Below are positions 10,301 to 18,666 of a DNA stretch of 54,895 nt, in pieces. How positions within the stretch are numbered: the stretch's first letter is position 1; each line of letters begins with the position of its first letter. A program made the translations under genes and the position numbers. Under the pieces are notes generated by a model. That model had not been told where the DNA came from, ran no database searches, and worked only from the letters and a program-made list of their open reading frames with translations. Source of the stretch: an uncultured Akkermansia sp. (GTDB taxonomy: Bacteria > Verrucomicrobiota > Kiritimatiellia > RFP12 > JAAYNR01); the NCBI GenBank assembly GCA_964580075.1, contig CAZOJL010000006.1:1-54895 (forward strand). The letters run 5' to 3'.

Positions 10301-10480
10301 CTTGCAGATGATCGTGCGAAACACGACGCTCTTGTGGCTTTGGTTGACCGCATTCTCGTCGCAAAGCAGACGAATCCCGCCGCCGACACGAGCGCGTTGG
10401 AGCGGGAGATAGACCAACAGGTTTACGCCCTCTACGGGCTGACGCCGGAGGAGATCAAGATTGTGGAGGGGGCGAAATGA
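7400..10480 (+). CDS. Large N6-adenine DNA methyltransferase of the type IIG / Eco57I / BREX PglX-like class, probably catalytically dead (SAM-binding motif I region replaced)
   Basis: 1026-aa ORF with a GTG start. Contains FLNGGLFE, GSFYTPREIV (motif X), PLPNLETKF and VVIGNPPYG (motif IV), a C-terminal TRD-like region, and the tail LEREIDQQVYALYGLTPEEIKIVEG. No DPACGSG-like motif I is visible between FYTP and NPPY; a palindromic repeat sits there instead. Confidence 0.75.
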   Translation: MDVAQTEREQAVLNILQNLQDLDGLKRLFWEELNYERENKPLSPRQWPDSARQALAEDPVLFASGGEDKAFHVVYCRLASPDLSRGLERPVVNQLLRDHPYALFVFSNKDQSAWHFLNVKYDEKAENRRLFRRITVRPGAGLRTATERVQLLDLAGINPKLFGIAPLAIQQRCDVAFDVEAVTKDFFREVANWYFWALKHVAFPKDAPKEADGHDHISVIRLITRLIFCWFVKEKGLIPDGLFDERTLARTLTGFEPAKTSDKESVFYRAILQNLFFATLNTEMDKRGWTKEEQNFMAHSLYRHRDCFSEPKSALDLFKEIPFLNGGLFECLDKDLGLPAAPPACAATADRNAAQAGENAKPRYVRIDGFSRREDSQPIVPDFLFFGGEREVDLSADYNDKKFGRVPVRGLIHIFTRYHFTIEENTPIEQEVALDPELSGKVFENLLAAYNPETGATARKQTGSFYTPREIVNYMVDEALIACLKEKLEGGTGIPACGGDAQTGMSVPPLPNRGVRPLPNLETKFVAANTLIGVNRPGQQLLRNLDIDKKEAELRDVRRRHFLARNLRDKRKCRDDDARLRAEIAELLKGDGWDTATARKLASWDPYDQNASADFFDPEWMFGIMDGFAVVIGNPPYGLVGSDRVEARAYYTSGRFKLTAYKINLYLLFLERGLELLNGQSGILSFIIPKSLVFNSYFEATRRKLLDQYCVPLIVEVRKKVFEAAEVGDSVLFFSAAHRPTANSRLEYRVVEDVSPGSQVISMQANLQTELAASIGARFRLSSVKIPKTRNTLGDLWEVSNGLNPGNVRHLLLSATRLTPKHRKMLLGRDIQRYALKWSGTWVNFDPSLKETIKPSETRSKKGMTAQQHVDFALRSPEIYKPHKVMVRKTADRIVACFDLDGLCFDSLSYGIHPKSNGFNPKFLLGLLNSTVLGHIHAELSQNQEKVFAKVLAENLRKLPMPNLNHNLADDRAKHDALVALVDRILVAKQTNPAADTSALEREIDQQVYALYGLTPEEIKIVEGAK
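8409..8470. repeat. REP-like imperfect palindrome, in frame inside the methyltransferase ORF
   Basis: GCCTGCCTG..CCTGCCTGTGCCG / CGGCAGACAGG..CAGGCAGGC arms. Shares the CCTGCCTGTG / CAGACAGG core with the 8867 and 25610 copies. Translates as LPAAPPACAATADRNAAQAG. Confidence 0.55.
8867..8925. repeat. REP-like palindrome, in frame inside the methyltransferase ORF
   Basis: GGTGGCACAGGCATTCCTGCCTGT..ACAGACAGGAATGTCTGTGCCACC. Near-perfect 24-nt arms. Translates as GGTGIPACGGDAQTGMSVPP. Confidence 0.8.
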
Positions 10481-10592
10481 GAACCGCCATTAGCGCCATG
10501 CTCTCCAATCTTAAGTCGCTGGCCGTGGTGCGGGTGATCGAGGATGCGGACAACGTGGTGGAGAGAATGTCTGCGAAACAAGGAGTGCAACT

Positions 10593-12344
10593 ATGATCAC
10601 AAAACTGGTACTGAAGAATTTCAAGAGCATAGCCGGGCAAACGTATGATCTGACGAAGTTTGATCTGTTGGTGGGGCGAAACAACTGCGGCAAGAGCACC
10701 ATCCTGCAAGCCATGGCGATTTGGCAGTTCTGCGTGGATGAGTTTCACCGCGCACGCAGAAGCGGAAGCAACGGCATCCAAATCGTTCTGCCAAACTTCA
10801 CCGCTTTGCCGGTGCCGGAGTTCAACCTCTTGTGGCATGCAAAGGTTGACAGGAAATATGCTTTGGTTGATGGCAAACGATCCAAGAAGACCGACTTTGT
10901 CTTGATTGAAATCGAACTCACCTGGTTGGCCGCCAATCGGGAGCTTCGGTCTTTCGGTGTGCAGCTTCGATACACGGCGGCGCAATCCGTTTACGCGATT
11001 CCGATGCAAGGTTGGAAGATCTTTCGAGAGATGGAAAAGGATCTGAGTTTTCCGAAGATCGCGTATGTTCCCCCGTTTTCCGGCCTTGAGCCCAGCGAGG
11101 AGTGGAGAGATGAAGGTCCGCTCAGAAAACAGGTCGGCAAGGCTCAGCCGGGGAGCATTCTCCGTAATCTCTTGCTCAAAGTGTGTCCCGCGCCGCCGCG
11201 CGATCACACCGGGCGCATCGCCAAGACGTACGAACCGCCTGCGGAATGGAAGGAACTGAAGCAGGTTGTCAGTCGCTGGTTCTCTGTTGAGTTGACGGAA
11301 CCCCAGTACGAGCGCGGGGTGGACACGCAGATTCTCTGTGAATACAAGCAGGGCGGCAAGTCGTACGACATTATCTCCGGCGGAAGCGGCTTCCATCAGG
11401 CGTTGACGCTCTTGGGTTTTCTCTACGGCTACCGCCCGACCACGCTTCTTCTGGACGAACCCGACGCCCACATGCATGTGAATCTTCAACGTGAAATGCT
11501 CGACTACTTCAAGAAGAAAGCCAGCGAAACAGGCGTCCAATTCCTCCTGGCAACGCATGCCGAGGAGCTGATCAGAGGTGTTGACCCGAGTCAGGTGGTA
11601 TCCATTCTGCAGCATGAGCCGCGTCGGCTGACTTCTGCGACCGGTGTGCTGAGCGCGATGGCCGACGTGTCCAACGCGGAACTCAGCCAGCTCGCCGCTT
11701 CGCCATTTATCCTGTATGTCGAAGGCGAAACCGATGAACGCATTTTACGCGCCTGGGCTCCCACCTGCAAAGCCGATAATGCGCTTGCGAAGGTTTGTTT
11801 TCATACCATGGGCGGCGGCACCAAGAAGCTGATGAAAGATCATGCGGACCGGCACTACGAAGGTGTCCGGCAGGTGTTTCCAGAGGCGCGGCGTTTGATG
11901 CTGTTCGATTATGACAGCGACGAAAACGCTTTCCACCCTCCAGGAGAAAATTCCGCGCTGTTTGAGTGGGGGCGCAAGAACATTGAGAACTATCTTCTCG
12001 TACTTGATGCGTGGATGCGTACGGTGACCAAGGAATTAGGATTGCCGGACGATGATTTATTGGCGGAACCGGCTCGGCAGGTCATCAGGGACTTCTTTTC
12101 CAATGAAAATCTAACGCTACCCCGAGGGCAGACTTGGGAAAGCGTGTCGGCGAACGTCTTTAAAGTGGTGGACGGCAAGAAGCTGCTTTTTGACTCTAGC
12201 GAGGCGCTGTTCACGAAACTTGAGAGGATGGAGCCGCCCCTTAAGGCGATCCGCGAGAAGATCGCGGGCATGATGGGCGAGAACGAGATACATGATGACG
12301 TGAAACGGTTCTTCGCCAAGTTGCGCACCACGGTTGGTGACTGA
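10593..12344 (+). CDS. ABC-type ATPase fused to a DUF4435/TOPRIM-like nuclease domain (PARIS AriA-AriB-like fusion or OLD-like)
   Basis: Walker [10 protein letters not shown], Walker [13 protein letters not shown]-loop LLATHAEE. C-terminal [13 protein letters not shown] and FDYDSDE acidic TOPRIM-like motifs. Confidence 0.6.
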   Translation: MITKLVLKNFKSIAGQTYDLTKFDLLVGRNNCGKSTILQAMAIWQFCVDEFHRARRSGSNGIQIVLPNFTALPVPEFNLLWHAKVDRKYALVDGKRSKKTDFVLIEIELTWLAANRELRSFGVQLRYTAAQSVYAIPMQGWKIFREMEKDLSFPKIAYVPPFSGLEPSEEWRDEGPLRKQVGKAQPGSILRNLLLKVCPAPPRDHTGRIAKTYEPPAEWKELKQVVSRWFSVELTEPQYERGVDTQILCEYKQGGKSYDIISGGSGFHQALTLLGFLYGYRPTTLLLDEPDAHMHVNLQREMLDYFKKKASETGVQFLLATHAEELIRGVDPSQVVSILQHEPRRLTSATGVLSAMADVSNAELSQLAASPFILYVEGETDERILRAWAPTCKADNALAKVCFHTMGGGTKKLMKDHADRHYEGVRQVFPEARRLMLFDYDSDENAFHPPGENSALFEWGRKNIENYLLVLDAWMRTVTKELGLPDDDLLAEPARQVIRDFFSNENLTLPRGQTWESVSANVFKVVDGKKLLFDSSEALFTKLERMEPPLKAIREKIAGMMGENEIHDDVKRFFAKLRTTVGD

Positions 12345-12355
12345 AGGAGCGAACA

Positions 12356-12841
12356 ATGGCAAGCGGATCTTCTATAGAATGGACCGAGTCGACATGGAAT
12401 CCGGTCACAGGCTGCACGAAAATCAGCGCGGGCTGTGCGCACTGCTACGCGGAGCGCATGGCCCGCCGGTTGCAGGCCATGGGTCAGCCGAATTACCGCA
12501 ACGGGTTCAAGGTCACATGCCATCACGATGTGCTGGGGCACCCGATGCGGTGGAAAAGGCCGCAGGTGATTTTCGTGTTTCTGTCGCTGGAACCTTTGCT
12601 AGGCCCATTGCCCAGGCTTGATCTCAATGGGATCGGCTGGGTGATCGTCGGCGGCGAATCCGGCCCGGGTGCGCGCCCGATGGACTCGGCCTGGGCGGCC
12701 GACATCCGCGACCCGTGTCTCGCCGCTAATGTGCCGTTCTTCTTCAAGCAATGGGGCGGCGTGCAGAAAAAGAAAGCTGGGCGTTTATTGGAGCACCGCA
12801 CGTGGGATCAAATGCCCCAGTTATCGGAGGTTGGCGCATGA
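12356..12841 (+). pseudogene. DUF5131 (phage Gp37/Gp68) family gene with an apparent in-frame internal deletion
   Basis: N-terminus [30 protein letters not shown] and C-terminus [33 protein letters not shown] are typical. The central segment expected after [10 protein letters not shown] (NSMSDLF...) is absent. 161 aa versus my recollection of about 250 aa for the family. Confidence 0.55.
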
Positions 12842-12899
12842 TCTCTGGACCATGCGTCGCGAGAAGATCGATCTGCGTTAAGTAACTAAGGAGACCATC

Positions 12900-14789
12900 A
12901 TGCCGAGAACCAACAAGACAGCCAACGAACAACGGCTCAGCGCCGAGCAAATCGCCTTCTTGAAGGAAAAGATGGGCCACTTCGCAGATCGGAACCCGTC
13001 CGCAGGGATCGCGCGCACCGACTGCAAACAGCTTTTCGAATATGTGGCGGTCCAGAAGATCACGTACCTCTATGACGATGAACTGCTCGAAGGCCTTCTG
13101 CACGTGGATCGTAAGCGAACCGGCAAGGCTGAAGAGTTGTTGGACGCCTACCTGATTCTGGATCAGGGCGATGAGGTCCAACTCAAACTCTTTCAGTTCA
13201 AGTGGAAGGAGGACTACAGCGGGGGGATTTCGACCAAGGAACTCCATCATTTTGTCACCCGCATGAATGCGGTCTTCCTGCACGGCGATCTTCAGGACGA
13301 CAAGACTCTGGAGGCCTTCAAGGAGGTTCGCGAGGCTTTCGACGCCGCCCTGTCCGCAAACAAGCGCGCCCGGCCGCGAATCCAGTGTTACTACGTCGTC
13401 AACGGGCAGAACGTTTCACCCACCGACGTCGCCAAGATTCAGGAAATCCGCGACATCTTCGCACACGACCGACAGGCCTATGGGTTTACGTTCGAGACCT
13501 ATGGCGGTACGGACATCTACAGCCTGTGCGCACTCGGCCGCGTCCCGATCCAAGAGGAGACGCTGGAGGTGAACCACGAATGGGGCAATGAGTCATTCCT
13601 GTTGCACAACATTGGCGCCAATCCCAACGGTATGCCGCTGAAAGTTATGGTGGGATTCGTCAACGTGAACCAGTTGATCCGACTGGTAGACCGTTACAGC
13701 AACAACGAATTGTTCGAGAAGAATGTCCGGCTCTTCCTCGGCACAGGCAAGGATGTGAACAAAGGGATCATCAAGACGGTCACCAGCAACGAGAGTGTCT
13801 GGTTCGGCTACATGAACAACGGTGTGAGCATGACCGCCGAGGATGTCCGCGTGGACCTTCCCGCTAGCAAGGGCAAGGTGCGCGTGCGGCTGACGGGGAT
13901 GCAGATCATCAACGGATGCCAGACGGTCAATGCGCTCTACCATGCCAAATATTCGCCCGACCTGAAGGATCGCTTCCAAGGCAATTCGAACGTCATGGTG
14001 CGCATTTACCAGATCGATCCCGCAAACAAGCCGTTTCACGATGCGCTGATCATTGCGACGAACTCGCAGAACGCGATCCGGCCGGAGGACTTGGTCTCGA
14101 ACGATGCGACGCAGTGCGCCATCCAGCGGGTCTATCAGGAGTACGGCATCGGCTATGAGCGAAAGGAGGGTGAAACACCTCCCGGCCATGGTTATCAAAT
14201 GACCTTCTCGAAGGAACAAGCCGCAATGGCTTACCTTGGTGTCATCGACGGAAAGTGCTCCAAGCTCCGAAACTCGCTCAGCCGTAGGGAGTTCTTCCGT
14301 CAAGGTGAAGATTATTATCGCGTTTTCAACCTCCGTGGATCCGAAGGAGAGTCGCCGTCCGGGTCGCTCCCCGAAGGGTTCGAGCCTGGCGCTGCCGCCA
14401 ATGCGCGCGCATTGGATATCTTGGCGGCGCGATGCATCGAGGAGGCGTGCCGCGTGAATATTGCTAAAGTGCCCAAGCAGGATCGTGGTCCGCTGAAAAA
14501 AGGCGCGTACTATTTGGCTCGCATCATTTTCCTGCAAAATGAGGCGCAGGTTCTGGATGTCGTGGCCAAATTGAAGGGCCAGGAGAGGAAGCCTTGCGTT
14601 TCCAAGGAGGTGATCGATCCCGTATCTATGATCGGAAACAATGGTTTTATCGCCGCACGAGGCGTGTTTGAAGCCGCGATCACGGAGTATCTGGCCAAAG
14701 AGGGCGGCAACGAGGACGCCGCACTAAAGAACACGGCTTTTGCATCGTTGGTCGATGAGCGGAGCGTACTGAAGATGGAGGGAATATGA
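12900..14789 (+). CDS. AIPR (abortive infection phage resistance) family protein
   Basis: 629-aa ORF with AAGGAG RBS. Central IINGCQTVNALY motif characteristic of AIPR proteins. Confidence 0.75.
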   Translation: MPRTNKTANEQRLSAEQIAFLKEKMGHFADRNPSAGIARTDCKQLFEYVAVQKITYLYDDELLEGLLHVDRKRTGKAEELLDAYLILDQGDEVQLKLFQFKWKEDYSGGISTKELHHFVTRMNAVFLHGDLQDDKTLEAFKEVREAFDAALSANKRARPRIQCYYVVNGQNVSPTDVAKIQEIRDIFAHDRQAYGFTFETYGGTDIYSLCALGRVPIQEETLEVNHEWGNESFLLHNIGANPNGMPLKVMVGFVNVNQLIRLVDRYSNNELFEKNVRLFLGTGKDVNKGIIKTVTSNESVWFGYMNNGVSMTAEDVRVDLPASKGKVRVRLTGMQIINGCQTVNALYHAKYSPDLKDRFQGNSNVMVRIYQIDPANKPFHDALIIATNSQNAIRPEDLVSNDATQCAIQRVYQEYGIGYERKEGETPPGHGYQMTFSKEQAAMAYLGVIDGKCSKLRNSLSRREFFRQGEDYYRVFNLRGSEGESPSGSLPEGFEPGAAANARALDILAARCIEEACRVNIAKVPKQDRGPLKKGAYYLARIIFLQNEAQVLDVVAKLKGQERKPCVSKEVIDPVSMIGNNGFIAARGVFEAAITEYLAKEGGNEDAALKNTAFASLVDERSVLKMEGI

Positions 14790-15607
14790 CCACGAAGAGC
14801 AAAAAACAGTCGCGTGAAGCCGAATCGCTCTCTCGGCGGATGGAACGTCTGGCGGGCGGGGCGGCGAAACGCGGGGTCCGCGACGCGCAAGATTTGGTCT
14901 ACGACGCCTGGGAGGCGGCGAACAGCGACGAGGCGTTCGATCTGCTGACCCAAGCCGTCGAACTCGACCCGACCAACGTGGACGCCTGGCTGGGGCTGAT
15001 GCGCTACGAGCCGCTTGACGGCAAGGAGGAGGTCGTGTTTCTCCGCCGTCTCGTGGCCTTGGGTGAGAAGAACCTCGGCAAGAAGGTGTTTCGTGAGGGC
15101 AAGGGCATCTTCTGGGGGCTTTTTGAGACGCGGCCCTACATGCGGGCGCGGGCTCGGCTGGCCTTTCGCCTGATGGAGGCCGGGCGGCTGGAGGAGTCCG
15201 TGGCCGAACACGAGGGCATGCTCGAACTCTGTTCGAACGACAATCTGGGCGTGCGCTACGGGCTCATGGCGCTCTATCTGGCACTGAACAACCTCGACGG
15301 CGCGAATCGCCTCTTCCGGGAATACGACGAGCGGGAGCACCGCGCGATGTTCGCCTGGGCCTACGTGCTCGAACGCTATCTGGCGGGCGATACGGGGGGC
15401 GCAACCCAAGCGCTCGCGGCGGCGCGGAAGCAGAACGAGCATGCCGAAGCCTATTTTGCCGCGCTCAGGAGGTTGCCGAAGAAGATGCCGGGATCGTACG
15501 CCATGGGGAGTCCAGAGGAGGCCGTGATCGCATGGGAGATCCTCAAGCCGGCATGGAAGAAGCATCCGGAGGCGCAAGCCTGGCTAATCGGCCAGTGCGC
15601 GAAGTGA
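14786..15607 (+). CDS. TPR-like all-helical protein, translationally coupled to the AIPR gene
   Basis: 273-aa ORF with ATGA overlap to the AIPR stop. Repeated helical A/L/E-rich TPR-like segments. No catalytic motif recognised. Confidence 0.45.
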   Translation: MTTKSKKQSREAESLSRRMERLAGGAAKRGVRDAQDLVYDAWEAANSDEAFDLLTQAVELDPTNVDAWLGLMRYEPLDGKEEVVFLRRLVALGEKNLGKKVFREGKGIFWGLFETRPYMRARARLAFRLMEAGRLEESVAEHEGMLELCSNDNLGVRYGLMALYLALNNLDGANRLFREYDEREHRAMFAWAYVLERYLAGDTGGATQALAAARKQNEHAEAYFAALRRLPKKMPGSYAMGSPEEAVIAWEILKPAWKKHPEAQAWLIGQCAK

Positions 15608-15644
15608 GTGAGCTTTGGGAAAAGAACGTGCTGGGAGGTCAGCC

Positions 15645-15815
15645 ATGATCCGACTGCACGTCACCGTGGAGGGGGCAACGAAACAGCGATTCCTGAAGGA
15701 TGTACTTTGTCCTCAAACTCGCTTGCGTTGCTCCGATAAAGGCGCTACAGTGAGTCGCAAATCGGGAATGCTCCCTGCGCATTATGGATGTGGTGCGTCC
15801 GATTCTACGGCATAA
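15645..15815 (+). pseudogene. Possible remnant of a DUF4276-family (TOPRIM-like) gene
   Basis: GGGAGG RBS followed by MIRLHVTVEGATKQRFLKDVL, which resembles DUF4276 N-termini. The ORF is only 56 aa and the remainder shows no resemblance. Confidence 0.3.
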
Positions 15816-15864
15816 TGATGCTTGGCTGCATTTTGGATTTATTGGATCAGTGAGCGAGGTGGAT

Positions 15865-18666
15865 ATGGATGCTGCTTGGAAATGGAATGGCGCTCGGTGG
15901 TGGAAGTTCGACTGCCACGCCCATACGCCACAGTCGGATTGTTATGGCGAAGGGGACGCCGCGCTCAAGGCGCGCACGCCCGAGGAGTGGCTGCTCGACC
16001 ACATGCGGGCCGGGTTCGATTGCGTCGCCGTTACCGACCACAATTCGGGCGAATGGATTGACCGGCTTCAGGAGGCGGCGGCGAATGAAACCTTGCGGAA
16101 ACATCCCGACTTTCGCGAGTTGGTTCTCTTTCCGGGAGTGGAACTGTTCGTCAACGGCGGGTTCCATGTATTGGCGATTCTGGGCGCGGATAAGACCGGG
16201 GCGGACGTGACGCGCTTGACTGGTGCTTGCGGATACGATTCGGCCAGTGGGGCCACAACCAAGTCTTTTTCCGAAGTTGCCGCCGCCATTGCCGCAACTG
16301 GCGGCGTGGTGTTGCCGGCGCACGTGGATGAACGAGACAAGAAGGGGCTTTGGGCGTTGTCTGACGAAAAAACGTGGCAGCAGGTGTTGGCTGTCAAGAC
16401 GTTGACAGCCTGGGAGGTTATGGATGCCTCCCAGCAACCACCGGACGTGGTTGTCCGATCCGGGCGGCAGTTTACGCGCATCCTTGGTTCGGATAGCCAT
16501 TGTCCCGAAAAAGTCGGCACGCGGTGGTCTTGGGTGAAGATGACCATGCCGAGCATTGGCGAACTGCGTTTGGCTCTGCAAGACGGCGAACTGGCGGTCC
16601 GCCCCTCGGACAAATACCCGGACGATCCGAACAATGTTCTGCCCGCTTTGGCGGTGGAATCCGTCACGGTCACGGATGCCAAGTATTTGGGTCGCACTTT
16701 CAGTGACGGAAGATTGAATACTTTTGCAGCCGCTTTTGGCCCTTGGCTGAATGCCATCATTGGCGGGCGCGGCACCGGGAAGTCGTCGCTGCTGGAATTT
16801 ATGCGCATCGCCTTGCGCCGGGAGGGCGAACTCGCAAAAGCCTTCGATAAGGAACAGATACGCGAAAATTTTGAGCGCTATCGGATAACCGGCGAGAAAG
16901 GTCTCTTGCTTCCGGGCGCCCTTATTCAGATCGTCTACCGGAAGGAAGGGCAGCGTTATCGCATCCAATGGAGCGTTAACGGGAACGCAACGGCCATCGA
17001 AGAGGAAACGCATGGCGGCTGGGTGCGCGCGGACGGCGACATAGCCGCTCGTTTTCCGGCGAGCATCTACAGCCAGAAGCAGTTGTTTGCCCTGGCGGGC
17101 AATCCAGCCGCTTTGTTAGACATCATTGACCAGACACCGGACATCAATCGCCAGGAATGGGATCAGAAGAGAAGCGAATTGGAAGGATCGTTTCTGTCTT
17201 TGCGCGCCAAGGAACGCGAGTTACAGGCACGCTTGACCGATGAAACACGACTGCGCGGAGAACTGGCCGACATCGAGCGACGATTGGCTGTCTGGGAAAA
17301 GAAGGCCACGCGCGACACCTTAAGAGCCTTCCAGCGACTGGCCCAACAGAGGGTTGGGCTGGAAAACTGGACAGCGGCTTTAGACGAAACGGTTGCGCGG
17401 CTCGCCGCTTATCCTGACGCCTTGACGCTGGAGACGCTGAACACCAGCATCTTCGACACCGGAACGCAGAATGAGAAAGCCGTTCTGGATCGGATACAAA
17501 CCACCACCGCCGCCTGGGCAGGCGTGATCAAGGCGGTCCAGACTGGGGCTGTTGATGCCGGGCGGGTGGCGCAGGAATGGAAAACATGGCTGGACCGTTC
17601 GGAATGGAAGAAACAGGCGCAGGAGATTGAGGCGGAATATGCGGGCTTGATTGAGCAATTGGCCGGGGAAGGCGTGGCGGATGCGGCCGACTATGGGAAT
17701 TGGTTGCAACAGAAACAAGCGCTGGAGGCCCGTCTCCGCGCGATTGCCGGTTATCGGACGGAAATTGCGCGATTGCAGGCACAGGCAACGGGCAAGTTGT
17801 CCGAAATTCGATCTCATCGTCGCGACCTGACGGAGAAGCGGCGGCAGTTTCTAAGCAACATACTGGCCACCAACAGTTTTGTGCGCATGGATGTGATACC
17901 TTATGGCGAATTGGATGATGCGCATGGTCAGTTGTCGGAATTGTTGCGCTGTGAAGACGCAAGGTATTCCACGGATGTTACCGGGTTACTGGACAGTGTG
18001 TATTTTCCTGACGGCAAGTCCTACATTTCGACATGGAAAGGCGTGGATGCGAGCCAGAGAATGCAGCTAGAGGAGGACATGGATAAGCGCTTGGTCGCTC
18101 TTAAGAAGCGTATCGGCGATTGCGCATTGGGAACAGTGCCGGAATCGCTTGGCCGTGGTTGGTTCCGGAATAAATTGAAGGATGCCGCGCAATCGCCGGA
18201 AACGCTCAATCATCTCGACCTTTCCTGGCCCGGGGACAGTGTGCATGTCTCCTATGCGAATCCGGCCACCGGCAAGTTCAGCGCGTTGGATCAGGCATCG
18301 CCCGGACAAAAAACGGCGGCTATTCTGGCCTTTGTGCTTTCCTATGGGCAAGACCCCATGATCCTGGACCAGCCGGAGGACGACCTGGACAATCACTGGA
18401 TCTACGAACTGGTGGTTCGCCAGATTCAGGAGAGCAAAAAGCGGCGGCAAATCATCGTCGTCACGCACAATGCCAATATCGCTGTGAACGGCGATGCGGA
18501 ACTGGTGCTCGCCCTGAAGTCGGATGGCGGTCGCACGGAGTACGAAGCGCAAGGCGGTTTGCAGGAAGCGGATGTTCGCGACACTGTCTGTCTGGTCATG
18601 GAAGGCGGCAGGGATGCCTTTGCGCGGCGATACGACCGGATTGTTGGAGGAACAGGACATGTATGA
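15865..18666 (+). CDS. PHP phosphoesterase domain fused to an SMC/Rad50-like coiled-coil ABC ATPase
   Basis: PHP metal ligand motifs FDCHAHTPQS, VTDHNS, FHVLAIL, LPAHVDE, GSDSHCP. Walker A GGRGTGKSS. Long Q/E/R/A-rich coiled coil. SPGQKTAA signature-like motif, Walker B ILDQPEDDLD, IIVVTHNANI. An alternative upstream ATG at 15784 is possible. Confidence 0.7.
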   Translation: MDAAWKWNGARWWKFDCHAHTPQSDCYGEGDAALKARTPEEWLLDHMRAGFDCVAVTDHNSGEWIDRLQEAAANETLRKHPDFRELVLFPGVELFVNGGFHVLAILGADKTGADVTRLTGACGYDSASGATTKSFSEVAAAIAATGGVVLPAHVDERDKKGLWALSDEKTWQQVLAVKTLTAWEVMDASQQPPDVVVRSGRQFTRILGSDSHCPEKVGTRWSWVKMTMPSIGELRLALQDGELAVRPSDKYPDDPNNVLPALAVESVTVTDAKYLGRTFSDGRLNTFAAAFGPWLNAIIGGRGTGKSSLLEFMRIALRREGELAKAFDKEQIRENFERYRITGEKGLLLPGALIQIVYRKEGQRYRIQWSVNGNATAIEEETHGGWVRADGDIAARFPASIYSQKQLFALAGNPAALLDIIDQTPDINRQEWDQKRSELEGSFLSLRAKERELQARLTDETRLRGELADIERRLAVWEKKATRDTLRAFQRLAQQRVGLENWTAALDETVARLAAYPDALTLETLNTSIFDTGTQNEKAVLDRIQTTTAAWAGVIKAVQTGAVDAGRVAQEWKTWLDRSEWKKQAQEIEAEYAGLIEQLAGEGVADAADYGNWLQQKQALEARLRAIAGYRTEIARLQAQATGKLSEIRSHRRDLTEKRRQFLSNILATNSFVRMDVIPYGELDDAHGQLSELLRCEDARYSTDVTGLLDSVYFPDGKSYISTWKGVDASQRMQLEEDMDKRLVALKKRIGDCALGTVPESLGRGWFRNKLKDAAQSPETLNHLDLSWPGDSVHVSYANPATGKFSALDQASPGQKTAAILAFVLSYGQDPMILDQPEDDLDNHWIYELVVRQIQESKKRRQIIVVTHNANIAVNGDAELVLALKSDGGRTEYEAQGGLQEADVRDTVCLVMEGGRDAFARRYDRIVGGTGHV

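Noticed and set aside
10481-10596. 32-codon [35 protein letters not shown] overlapping the ATPase start
   Set aside because: It could be a leader peptide or a gene remnant, but it has no recognisable similarity. It is mentioned only as context for the PARIS-like gene.
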